DNA of 5,235 nucleotides from a virus (Duplodnaviria; Heunggongvirae; Uroviricota; Caudoviricetes): IMG/VR virus record IMGVR_UViG_2548876958_000008; one strand, 5' to 3'. Shown piece by piece: positions 1 to 5,195 of this stretch (position 1 is its first letter; each line of letters starts with the position of its first letter). The notes under the pieces were generated by a model. It saw only the letters and a program-made list of their open reading frames with translations, ran no database searches and was not told where the DNA came from. The position numbers and the translations under genes were made by a program.

Positions 1-246
1 TTGTTGCCACATGTGGCGATTAGTCTTGACCGTACTGAAGGTGCCACGCTGGAGTTTTACGAAGCTGAGGCGAAAAAGCAGGCGAAGCAGTTTTTCATGG
101 ATGTTGCTGCCGGGTTATGTGAAGGGGATGGTCCGTTACCGGAAAAGCGTCCCGTAATTTTAGAGGCGCAGGATGTGTTGATAACCTACAGAGGAAAACT
201 ACCGGGAATAATTACGGGTTCTCTGAAGACTCCACCGCTGGCCTGA
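1..246 (+). CDS. 3' portion of a gene entering from upstream of the window; hydrophilic 81-aa C-terminal region of unknown function, directly upstream of the endolysin
   Basis: Frame is open from base 1 to TGA at 244-246, so the true start lies outside the window. The translated region has no hydrophobic helix and is charged (EAEAKKQAKQ), so it does not look like the C-terminus of a canonical small holin. Only 50 bp separate it from the endolysin start. Confidence 0.4.
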   Translation: MLPHVAISLDRTEGATLEFYEAEAKKQAKQFFMDVAAGLCEGDGPLPEKRPVILEAQDVLITYRGKLPGIITGSLKTPPLA

Positions 247-296
247 AGACTTAACATATCCAGGGATTTGAAATCGATAAACCCTGATAAATATCC

Positions 297-830
297 ATGA
301 ACGCAAAAATCAGATACGGCCTGTCGGCTGCCGTTCTGGCGCTGATTGCCGCAGGTGCGCCTGCGCCTGAAATCCTCGACCAGTTTCTGGATGAAAAGGA
401 AGGTAACCACACCACAGCATACCGTGATGGTGCGGGTATCTGGACCATCTGCCGTGGAGCCACCCGGGTGGATGGTAAGCCTGTTATTCCTGGCATGAAG
501 CTGTCGAAGGAAAAATGCGACCGGGTTAACGCCATTGAGCGTGATAAGGCGCTGGCATGGGTGGAGAAAAACATCAGAGTGCCACTGACCGAACCCCAGA
601 AAGCGGGGATTGCGTCATTCTGTCCGTACAACATTGGCCCCGGTAAGTGTTTCCCGTCGACGTTTTACAGACGGATTAATGCAGGAGATCGAAAAGGTGC
701 CTGCGAAGCTATTCGCTGGTGGATTAAGGACGGTGGCAGGGACTGCCGTATTCGCTCAAATAACTGTTACGGTCAGGTATCCCGTCGTGACCAGGAGAGC
801 GCGCTGGCGTGCTGGGGAATCGACAGATAA
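297..830 (+). CDS. R: Phage endolysin, T4-lysozyme-like muramidase with N-terminal signal-anchor-release (SAR) domain, phage 21 R-type
   Basis: 177-aa ORF. N-terminal Gly/Ala-rich weakly hydrophobic segment (YGLSAAVLALIAAGAPAP) followed by the catalytic spacing E-x8-D-x5-T (EGNHTTAYRDGAGIWT), as in T4 lysozyme E11/D20/T26 and SAR endolysins. Stop TAA at 828-830. Sits upstream of Rz/Rz1. Confidence 0.85.
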   Translation: MNAKIRYGLSAAVLALIAAGAPAPEILDQFLDEKEGNHTTAYRDGAGIWTICRGATRVDGKPVIPGMKLSKEKCDRVNAIERDKALAWVEKNIRVPLTEPQKAGIASFCPYNIGPGKCFPSTFYRRINAGDRKGACEAIRWWIKDGGRDCRIRSNNCYGQVSRRDQESALACWGIDR

Positions 831-969
831 GCAGAATATTTTGCTGAAAAATGAGGTTTGCTTACATGGATGGATAACACGAAATCCTGCAAATTGGCAA
901 AATGTAAGTGAATAAAGTCAAAACAGTTGTTTAACACTCAGGCACCGTAATGATGCCTTTGTCATTTCT

Positions 970-991
970 GCGCATCTCACGCGCATCTCAC
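970..991. repeat. Perfect tandem direct repeat, 2 x 11 bp (GCGCATCTCAC), in the endolysin-to-ant intergenic region
   Basis: Read directly: gcgcatctcac at 970-980 and again at 981-991, about 110 bp upstream of the ant-like start codon. Confidence 0.6.
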
Positions 992-1100
992 AACACAGAA
1001 CCTTTCAGGATGACCCTTGAGGATACCGGTTTGGCTGTCGGTGCCTTTCTGTGGGCTGGATTCCTGTGAGACAAGGTTCATCACTAAAAGGAAATAACCG

Positions 1101-1670
1101 ATGAATATGATGGCCGTGCCGTTTCACGGCAACTCTCTTTATGTAGTTAACCATAATGGCGAACCATACGTTCCCATGAAACCTGTCGTTGCGGGGATGG
1201 GGCTGGCCTGGCAATCACAGTTGGCTAAGTTAAGACAGCGTTTTGCGTCAACTATAACGGAAATCGTTATGGTTGCTGAGGATGGGAAACAACGCAATAT
1301 GGTGTCCATGCCACTTCGAAAACTTGCCGGCTGGCTACAAACCATTAATCCCAACAAAGTAAAACCCGAAATCCGCGATAAGGTCATCCGGTATCAGGAA
1401 GAGTGCGACGATGTTCTTTACGAGTACTGGACGAAGGGTTTTGTCGTTAATCCCCGTAAAATGAGCGTGATGGAAGAACTCAACCAGGCTTGTGCTGACA
1501 TGAAACGGGATAAAAACATTGCCAGTGTGTTTGCTACCGGGCTGAATGAGTGGAAACAGGTTAAAGCCGCGCATGTATCAAAAATCCGTACGCTGGTAAA
1601 TGAAGCGAATATGCTGATTGATTTTGTCCTGGCTGATACAGGCAAAGGGAAAATAACAAAGGCGGATTGA
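1101..1670 (+). CDS. Antirepressor-like protein (AntA/Bro-N-type N-terminal domain) inserted between endolysin and spanin genes
   Basis: 189-aa ORF with AAGGAA ribosome-binding site about 8 nt upstream of ATG 1101. The N-terminal region (FHGNSLYVVNHNGEPYVPMKPVVAGMGLAWQSQ) resembles phage antirepressor N-terminal domains as I recall them, and antirepressor-like genes are found between R and Rz in some enterobacterial lambdoid prophages. Family assignment is from memory, not a search. Confidence 0.55.
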   Translation: MNMMAVPFHGNSLYVVNHNGEPYVPMKPVVAGMGLAWQSQLAKLRQRFASTITEIVMVAEDGKQRNMVSMPLRKLAGWLQTINPNKVKPEIRDKVIRYQEECDDVLYEYWTKGFVVNPRKMSVMEELNQACADMKRDKNIASVFATGLNEWKQVKAAHVSKIRTLVNEANMLIDFVLADTGKGKITKAD

Positions 1671-1816
1671 TGGGGTGGCTAATGATATCAGATAAACTCA
1701 TAACGCTGGTGAAGAGCCTCTGTGTACTTGTCGGCATTTCATTTTTAGTCATGCTGGTTGCCATTTTCTTTTCCACCGCCTGGCGAGTCCTGACGTTATC
1801 GGGACTGGTGGGGTGA
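1670..1816 (+). CDS. Small single-TMD membrane peptide (48 aa from ATG 1670, or 44 aa from ATG 1682); not in the ORF track; candidate lysis-associated small membrane protein
   Basis: ATG 1670-1672 overlaps the ant stop (TGATG arrangement); in-frame second ATG at 1682. Translation: [48 protein letters not shown], with one ~22-residue hydrophobic helix. Stop TGA at 1814-1816 lies 7 nt before the Rz ATG, so it exactly fills the ant-to-Rz gap on the same strand. No homolog recognised. Confidence 0.4.
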   Translation: MGWLMISDKLITLVKSLCVLVGISFLVMLVAIFFSTAWRVLTLSGLVG

Positions 1817-1823
1817 AAGAGAG

Positions 1824-2291
1824 ATGAACCGTGTTCTGTGTGTGGTGATTATTGTCATGGCGGTTGGCTGTGGTGCGCTGTGGCTGGCAACAAACCATTA
1901 CCGTGACAACGCGCTCACCTACAAAGCGCAGCGCGATAAAAAAGCCAGAGAGCTGGAACAGGCGAATGCCACCATTACTGACATGCAGGTGCGCCAGCGT
2001 GATGTTGCTGCGCTCGATGCAAAATACTCGAGGGAATTAGCCGATGCGAGAGCTGAAAATGAAACTCTGCGTGCTGATGTTGCCGCTGGTCGTAAGCGCC
2101 TGCGGATCAACGCCACCTGCCCCGGTACCGTGCGTGAAGCCACCGGCACCTCCGGCGTGGGCAATGATGCCGCCGTCGAACTCTCTCCGGTTGCTGGACG
2201 AAACGTTCTCGGTATCAGAGACGGAATCATCAGCGACCAGGCAGCATTGAGAATGCTTCAGGAATATATCCGCACTCAGTGTATTAACTAG
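1824..2291 (+). CDS. Rz: Rz i-spanin (inner-membrane spanin subunit)
   Basis: 155 aa. N-terminal TMD ([19 protein letters not shown]), then [52 protein letters not shown], very close to lambda Rz as recalled. Coiled-coil-like middle and C-terminal region with Cys. AAGAGAG ribosome-binding site before the ATG. Confidence 0.9.
   Translation: MNRVLCVVIIVMAVGCGALWLATNHYRDNALTYKAQRDKKARELEQANATITDMQVRQRDVAALDAKYSRELADARAENETLRADVAAGRKRLRINATCPGTVREATGTSGVGNDAAVELSPVAGRNVLGIRDGIISDQAALRMLQEYIRTQCIN
2044..2250 (+). CDS. Rz1: Rz1 o-spanin (outer-membrane lipoprotein), embedded entirely within Rz in the +1 frame
   Basis: 68-aa ORF inside Rz in a different frame. Lipoprotein signal [20 protein letters not shown] with lipobox-like VSAC, followed by a proline-rich mature part ([16 protein letters not shown]), matching the lambda Rz1 architecture. 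Confidence 0.85.
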   Translation: MRELKMKLCVLMLPLVVSACGSTPPAPVPCVKPPAPPAWAMMPPSNSLRLLDETFSVSETESSATRQH

Positions 2292-2314
2292 TATTTTTGT
2301 TATTCGGAGAATGC

Positions 2315-2539
2315 ATGAAGAAATTATTGGTAACCGTAAAGCCTTTTCAGGGAACAATTCCGTTCCGTATTTTGCAGCGTGGTCGTGTTCTTGTTGAAGG
2401 TTCGTTCAGTGGTAAATGTACGCAATTACACTCCAGGACCTTTCAGGTGAATGCCACGAATGAAGAGCTAACCGTTGAGTGTACGATGAATGCCGCTAAA
2501 TGCCGCATGGTATCCGCTGCATTACAGCCAGTGTGTTGA
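2315..2539 (+). CDS. Hypothetical small protein (74 aa from ATG 2315; the ORF track's 80-aa version starts at TTG 2297), four Cys, function unknown; moron candidate downstream of Rz
   Basis: GGAGA ribosome-binding site at 2306-2310, 4 nt before ATG 2315. Translation MKKLLVTVKPFQGTIPFRILQRGRVLVEGSFSGKCTQLHSRTFQVNATNEELTVECTMNAAKCRMVSAALQPVC. No strong hydrophobic signal peptide and no family recognised. Confidence 0.45.
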   Translation: MKKLLVTVKPFQGTIPFRILQRGRVLVEGSFSGKCTQLHSRTFQVNATNEELTVECTMNAAKCRMVSAALQPVC

Positions 2540-2805
2540 GCGACCTTATTATTCATGCGCGGTATTGTCGCCGTATTCCTGCATTAACAGAGACCGCAGC
2601 CCGACCGGGAGAATCCTCTGCGCGAGTGTGCGGGGATAATCAAAAACGATACACACCGGGGTTTACCGCGTTAACGGAGCGCGGCGTTGTCCCCTCATGG
2701 TCGCTGGTCCGGTGCGATGGTGGAAGAAGCCGGATGTTTATCACTATTAATTGATAACACAGAAATGGATTCATTGATTTTCAGCACGTTTTTGTATTCG
2801 TATTA

Positions 2806-2846
2806 TTGAACATCTGTTTATTTTACTTTTAACATATTGATAATAA
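2806..2846 (+). promoter_or_regulatory. Candidate sigma70-like promoter in the AT-rich island upstream of the 46-aa peptide ORF
   Basis: AT-rich stretch with -35-like TTGAAC (2806-2811) and extended -10-like TGATAATAA (2838-2846), about 50 nt upstream of ATG 2896. Hexamers are imperfect and AT-rich DNA yields many such matches. Confidence 0.2.
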
Positions 2847-2895
2847 AAAGAGCTGTAAATCTTTAGATGAGTCGATTTTGTCCGGGGAAGTTCAA

Positions 2896-3036
2896 ATGGA
2901 TTTTATGCTGACGGTTTCTGGTGTGGTTATCCTGTCCATTGCTTATACTGCAGATAAATATGGCTGCCATTTGTTATCACGTATTGGCGCTTATTGCTCG
3001 TTGATGCTGATTTTCTCGTCGCTTTTTTTTGAGTAA
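2896..3036 (+). CDS. Small hydrophobic peptide, 46 aa, inside the AT-rich island; not in the ORF track; candidate moron-encoded membrane peptide or toxin-like peptide
   Basis: GGGGAAG ribosome-binding site 5 nt upstream of ATG 2896; it is the first in-frame ATG after an upstream TAA. Translation MDFMLTVSGVVILSIAYTADKYGCHLLSRIGAYCSLMLIFSSLFFE with two hydrophobic stretches. Stop TAA at 3034-3036. Surrounding DNA (about 2740-3075) is markedly more AT-rich than the flanking phage genes. Confidence 0.35.
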   Translation: MDFMLTVSGVVILSIAYTADKYGCHLLSRIGAYCSLMLIFSSLFFE

Positions 3037-3074
3037 GTTATATTAATTATAACAAATAATTTTCTGTGTTTTTT

Positions 3075-3102
3075 CAGGCTATCCCGTCAGACGGGAAGCC
3101 TG
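3075..3102. other. Imperfect 28-bp hairpin-forming palindrome between the convergent peptide ORF and DUF3950 gene
   Basis: caggct (3075-3080) pairs with agcctg (3097-3102) and inner cccg (3083-3086) pairs with cggg (3092-3095), with loop tcaga. A T6 run (3069-3074) precedes rather than follows it on the + strand, so it is not a canonical intrinsic terminator on either strand. Confidence 0.3.
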
Positions 3103-3165
3103 TACTGCCGGGGGACGAATGGAAAACTGATGTGTCCGGTAACTGTGTGTTCTGTGAACACCATG

Positions 3166-3351
3166 TTACTTAATTATGTAATTCATACCCGAACGCTCTG
3201 TTGACAGCCTTCTTCTGCAGGCTTCAATAACCCACGCTGAAAAGTTACCGGAACCTTTATGTTCAAGGGCGATATTGATCTGTTCAATCATGTGATTGGG
3301 GAAACGGATATTGCGGATTGTGGTTCTGCGGGTCCGGTTTTTCGATGACAT
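3166..3351 (-). CDS. Small DNA-binding-like protein, DUF3950/YlcI-like with predicted Arc/MetJ-type ribbon-helix-helix fold (61 aa)
   Basis: Minus-strand ORF with strong ribosome-binding site (AGAGGAAA) about 5 nt before ATG (reverse complement of 3349-3351). Translation MSSKNRTRRTTIRNIRFPNHMIEQINIALEHKGSGNFSAWVIEACRRRLSTERSGMNYIIK: an alternating polar/hydrophobic strand (TIRNIRF), helix, G-S-G-N-F-S turn, then helix (AWVIEACRRRL), which is the RHH pattern. The NFS / WVIE motif matches my recollection of DUF3950 (E. coli DLP12 YlcI family), which sits between lysis and terminase genes in lambdoid prophages. Confidence 0.6.
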   Translation of the reverse strand: MSSKNRTRRTTIRNIRFPNHMIEQINIALEHKGSGNFSAWVIEACRRRLSTERSGMNYIIK

Positions 3352-3392
3352 TTTCTTTCCTCTGGTGACAAGCTATATGGCGAGGATTTTAC

Positions 3393-3758
3393 ATGGCTGT
3401 GCTTCGTACGTTACCGGGCAGAATCAAAACTCTGAACACCCGGCGGATAAATGTCCTGAGGGGGGAACAGCGTCGTGTCAGTGGCAGTGCCCGGGTTTCC
3501 CTCAAACGTCGTATCTGGCGGAGGGATGCCGGACACTGTTGTCTCTGTAGACGCGTGGTTGACCTTTGTGACAGTGAACTCGATCACCGCATTGCACTTC
3601 AGTTCGGTGGTGGTAATGAGGAGACGAACCTCTGGACCCTCTGTACTGAATGCCATCGCCAGAAGTCAGCGAGTGAAGCGGCGAGTGGTATGCCTGATCC
3701 GACGTTGCCTGAGCTTCCTGATGGCACGCTCAGGGCCGACGGAATCACTGGCCTGTGA
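3393..3758 (+). CDS. HNH endonuclease, terminase-associated (HK97 gp74-like)
   Basis: 121 aa. Motifs HCCLCRR, ELDHRIALQFGGGNEETNLWTLCTECHRQK give two CxxC pairs, the DH catalytic His, a conserved Asn and a terminal His, i.e. a beta-beta-alpha-metal HNH fold. GAGGA ribosome-binding site 6 nt before ATG 3393. Located immediately upstream of the cos-like region and terS/terL. Confidence 0.85.
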   Translation: MAVLRTLPGRIKTLNTRRINVLRGEQRRVSGSARVSLKRRIWRRDAGHCCLCRRVVDLCDSELDHRIALQFGGGNEETNLWTLCTECHRQKSASEAASGMPDPTLPELPDGTLRADGITGL

Positions 3759-3849
3759 CCAGACCCGGGGGGGATCATCCGGAGAAAAAAAACGATCGCC
3801 CTGGACACCGCGCCCCCTCTCACGCAGAGAAAAAATTCCCGTTTCAGGG

Positions 3850-3867
3850 CAGTTAACATGTTAACTG
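3850..3867. repeat. Perfect 18-bp palindrome CAGTTAACATGTTAACTG, with imperfect G/C-rich flanking arms over 3847-3874
   Basis: Read directly; the reverse complement of 3850-3867 is identical to the forward sequence. Flanks gggcag / ctggctgccc extend the symmetry imperfectly. Followed by a T-rich stretch (cattttt gcgg ttttt, 3878-3893). Confidence 0.8.
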
Positions 3868-3923
3868 GCTGCCCGGGCATTTTTGCGGTTTTTATCTTTA
3901 TTATTCAGTTTGTTGTGCGGAAA

Positions 3924-3977
3924 AAATGTTAACAGGCTTTTTCAGCAAATGTTAACCAGGCAGCAGTTAACATTTGC
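3924..3977. repeat. Array of AAATGTTAAC motifs: direct copies at 3924-3933 and 3947-3956, and a perfect 12-bp inverted repeat GCAAATGTTAAC (3945-3956) / GTTAACATTTGC (3966-3977) with a 9-bp spacer
   Basis: Read directly. Together with the 18-bp palindrome this gives five GTTAAC cores within about 125 bp, whereas I found only three elsewhere in the window (about 525, 1146 and 2670). The two direct copies are 23 bp apart, roughly two helical turns. Confidence 0.75.
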
Positions 3978-4047
3978 GGCATGAGACGCCGGGAAAAATG
4001 GGCTGAACCATACCCGGCTGAGTGCGTTCTGGACCCGGGAGGAGGCT

Positions 4048-4611
4048 GTGCTGACAACGCAAAAACGAAAATTTGCGCTGGCGCTCATGTCCGGGAAAAA
4101 CAAAACAGCGTCAGCCATTGCCGCCGGTTATTCGGCGAAGACCGCCAGGGTTAAAGGCTCGCAGCTGGCAAAAGATCCTGAGGTGCTTGCGTTTATAGCC
4201 CGTAAACAATGCGAGACGGTGGAGGTGGATGAGGTTCCTGTTTACCGGCAGAAAAAATCAGAGCAGGAGGATAAACCCCGTCGCCGTGAGGCGGCTGCAA
4301 TACCACAGCCGGACGAAAACAATCTGGAGATGCCACCGTCCGCGGTGATGTCTCCTGGTATTGAATATATGGAGGATGGTCTTCCCGATCCGGTGAAAGC
4401 CATGGGGCGGATCCTGGTGGAAAACCTCTGCATTGATCCGAAACTGGCACTGGATGCGGCCTGGCGTCTGGCGCAGTTCACGCACCATAAAAAAGGGGAT
4501 ACCGGGAAAAAATCGGCAAAAGGTGATGCCGCGAAAAAAGCGGCTAACCGTTTTGCGGTGCCACCGCCACCCCGACTGGTGGTGAATAACGATAATGAGG
4601 GCAACGGATGA
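4048..4611 (+). CDS. terS: Terminase small subunit (Terminase_2 / P27-family type with N-terminal HTH)
   Basis: 187 aa from GTG 4048, with GGAGGAGG ribosome-binding site at about 4038-4045. N-terminal LTTQKRKFALALMSGKNKTASAIAAGYSAKTARVKGSQLAKDPEV matches the conserved small-terminase HTH signature (F..Y...N.T.AA..AGYS..TA...G..L). Acidic and Lys-rich C-terminal part. Stop overlaps the terL start (ATGA at 4608-4611). Confidence 0.8.
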   Translation: MLTTQKRKFALALMSGKNKTASAIAAGYSAKTARVKGSQLAKDPEVLAFIARKQCETVEVDEVPVYRQKKSEQEDKPRRREAAAIPQPDENNLEMPPSAVMSPGIEYMEDGLPDPVKAMGRILVENLCIDPKLALDAAWRLAQFTHHKKGDTGKKSAKGDAAKKAANRFAVPPPPRLVVNNDNEGNG

Positions 4612-5195
4612 TACCTGTATGGAGCACAGCCTGCCCGGACTGGGCAGAGCGCCTGAAAAAGGGGCTGTCGATTATTCCGGATCCGATTTATCCGGACGAG
4701 GCCGCACATGCCCTGGCGATTTTTAAACAACTGCGGATTGTGGATGCACCTGGTAGCCCTACGTTCGGGGAGTCCTGTGCACCGTGGGTGTTTGACCTGG
4801 TGGCGGCCCTGTTTGGCTCCTACGATGCGCAGACCGGTGTACGCCATATCAAGGAAGTTTTTATCCTTATCCCCAAGAAAAACTCGAAGTCCACGCTGGC
4901 CGCGGGGATCATGATGACTGCACTGTTACTGAACTGGCGGCAGGCGGCGGGTTACACGATTCTGGCCCCGACTGTGGAGGTGGCGGCCAACGCCTTCAAC
5001 CCTGCCCGGGATATGGTACGACGTGACGATGATCTGGATGACCTCTGCCAGGTACAGACCCATATCCGGACCATCACCCACCGGGTGACGGACACCACCC
5101 TGAAGGTGGTGGCAGCCGATCCGAATACGGTGTCCGGTATCAAGTCCGTGGGTACGCTGATTGATGAGTTGTGGCTGTTTGTAGTGGCACACTAA
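4608..5195 (+). CDS. terL: Terminase large subunit, N-terminal ATPase region (HK97/Terminase_1-like); reading frame ends at TAA 5193-5195 after only 195 aa, so truncated or frameshifted in this sequence
   Basis: Start ATG 4608 is translationally coupled to terS. Contains a P-loop-like motif (ILIPKKNSKSTLAAG) and a Walker-B-like hhhhDE motif (VGTLIDELW). Intact TerL proteins are several hundred residues longer, with a C-terminal nuclease domain. Frame +1 is open from 5185 to the window end (WHTKFGHLMKGDILTTT). Confidence 0.7.
   Translation: MIPVWSTACPDWAERLKKGLSIIPDPIYPDEAAHALAIFKQLRIVDAPGSPTFGESCAPWVFDLVAALFGSYDAQTGVRHIKEVFILIPKKNSKSTLAAGIMMTALLLNWRQAAGYTILAPTVEVAANAFNPARDMVRRDDDLDDLCQVQTHIRTITHRVTDTTLKVVAADPNTVSGIKSVGTLIDELWLFVVAH

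Larger units (their letters stand above)
3759..4047. other. Non-coding cos-like packaging region (probable cosN/cosB) between the HNH gene and terS
   Basis: 289 bp with no ORF of credible length. Contains G/C-rich segments (gacccgggggggatcatccgg; gccctggacaccgcgccccctc), A-tracts (agaaaaaaaa at about 3783-3792 and agagaaaaaa at about 3826-3835) and a dense cluster of GTTAAC-centred palindromes. Position between HNH and terS matches the cos location in HK97-type genomes. Confidence 0.5.

Noticed and set aside
610-915. 101-aa + strand ORF overlapping the 3' end of the endolysin in another frame
   Set aside because: It overlaps a confidently called gene out of frame, has no ribosome-binding site, and its Arg-rich composition looks like an off-frame translation of coding DNA. 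Rz/Rz1 are clearly located elsewhere.
950-1069. 39-aa ORF (MMPLSFLRISRASHNTEPFRMTLEDTGLAVGAFLWAGFL) in the endolysin-to-ant intergenic region
   Set aside because: No ribosome-binding site, and the reading frame runs straight through the 11-bp tandem repeat. More likely promoter or leader DNA for the ant-like gene than a gene.
186-1776. Several minus-strand ORFs (186-410, 251-634, 1005-1214, 1139-1387, 1335-1574, 1418-1645, 1561-1776) antisense to the first ORF, endolysin and ant genes
   Set aside because: All lie antisense to well-supported + strand genes, lack ribosome-binding sites and have biased composition typical of reverse-frame translation.
1852-2357. ORFs 1852-2040 (+), 1919-2230 (-) and 2037-2357 (-) overlapping Rz/Rz1
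   Set aside because: Rz and Rz1 already account for two frames here with strong motif support; the others are off-frame or antisense shadows.
2500-2754. 84-aa + strand ORF overlapping the end of the 74-aa ORF
   Set aside because: No ribosome-binding site, start buried inside the preceding ORF, and Arg/Gly-rich low-complexity composition; treated as a chance ORF, though the region is flagged as unexplained.
2884-2900. tRNA-like T-loop motif (GTTCAAAT) near 2890
   Set aside because: No flanking complementary stems for a T-arm or acceptor stem, and it overlaps the ribosome-binding site and start of the 46-aa ORF; not a tRNA.
2292-3392. Expected bor-type lipoprotein moron gene after Rz
   Set aside because: No ORF with a lipoprotein signal peptide on either strand in this interval; the 74-aa ORF lacks a signal peptide, so no bor-type gene is called.
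3296-3880. ORFs 3296-3550 (+), 3411-3656 (-), 3475-3864 (+) and 3599-3880 (-) overlapping the DUF3950 and HNH genes
   Set aside because: Alternative frames of the HNH region. The HNH frame carries the diagnostic CxxC, DH, N and H motifs and a good ribosome-binding site; the others have none.
3847-3893. Intrinsic terminator call for the palindrome plus T-rich stretch
   Set aside because: The stem is interrupted by a 4-nt asymmetry and the T-run is separated from the stem by gggca. The element sits within the cos-like repeat array, so it is treated as part of the packaging or protein-binding region, with the terminator role left as an alternative.
3858-3932. 24-aa hydrophobic ORF (MLTGCPGIFAVFIFIIQFVVRKKC) inside the cos-like region
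   Set aside because: It starts inside the 18-bp palindrome with no ribosome-binding site and is most simply a by-product of the T-rich repeat region.
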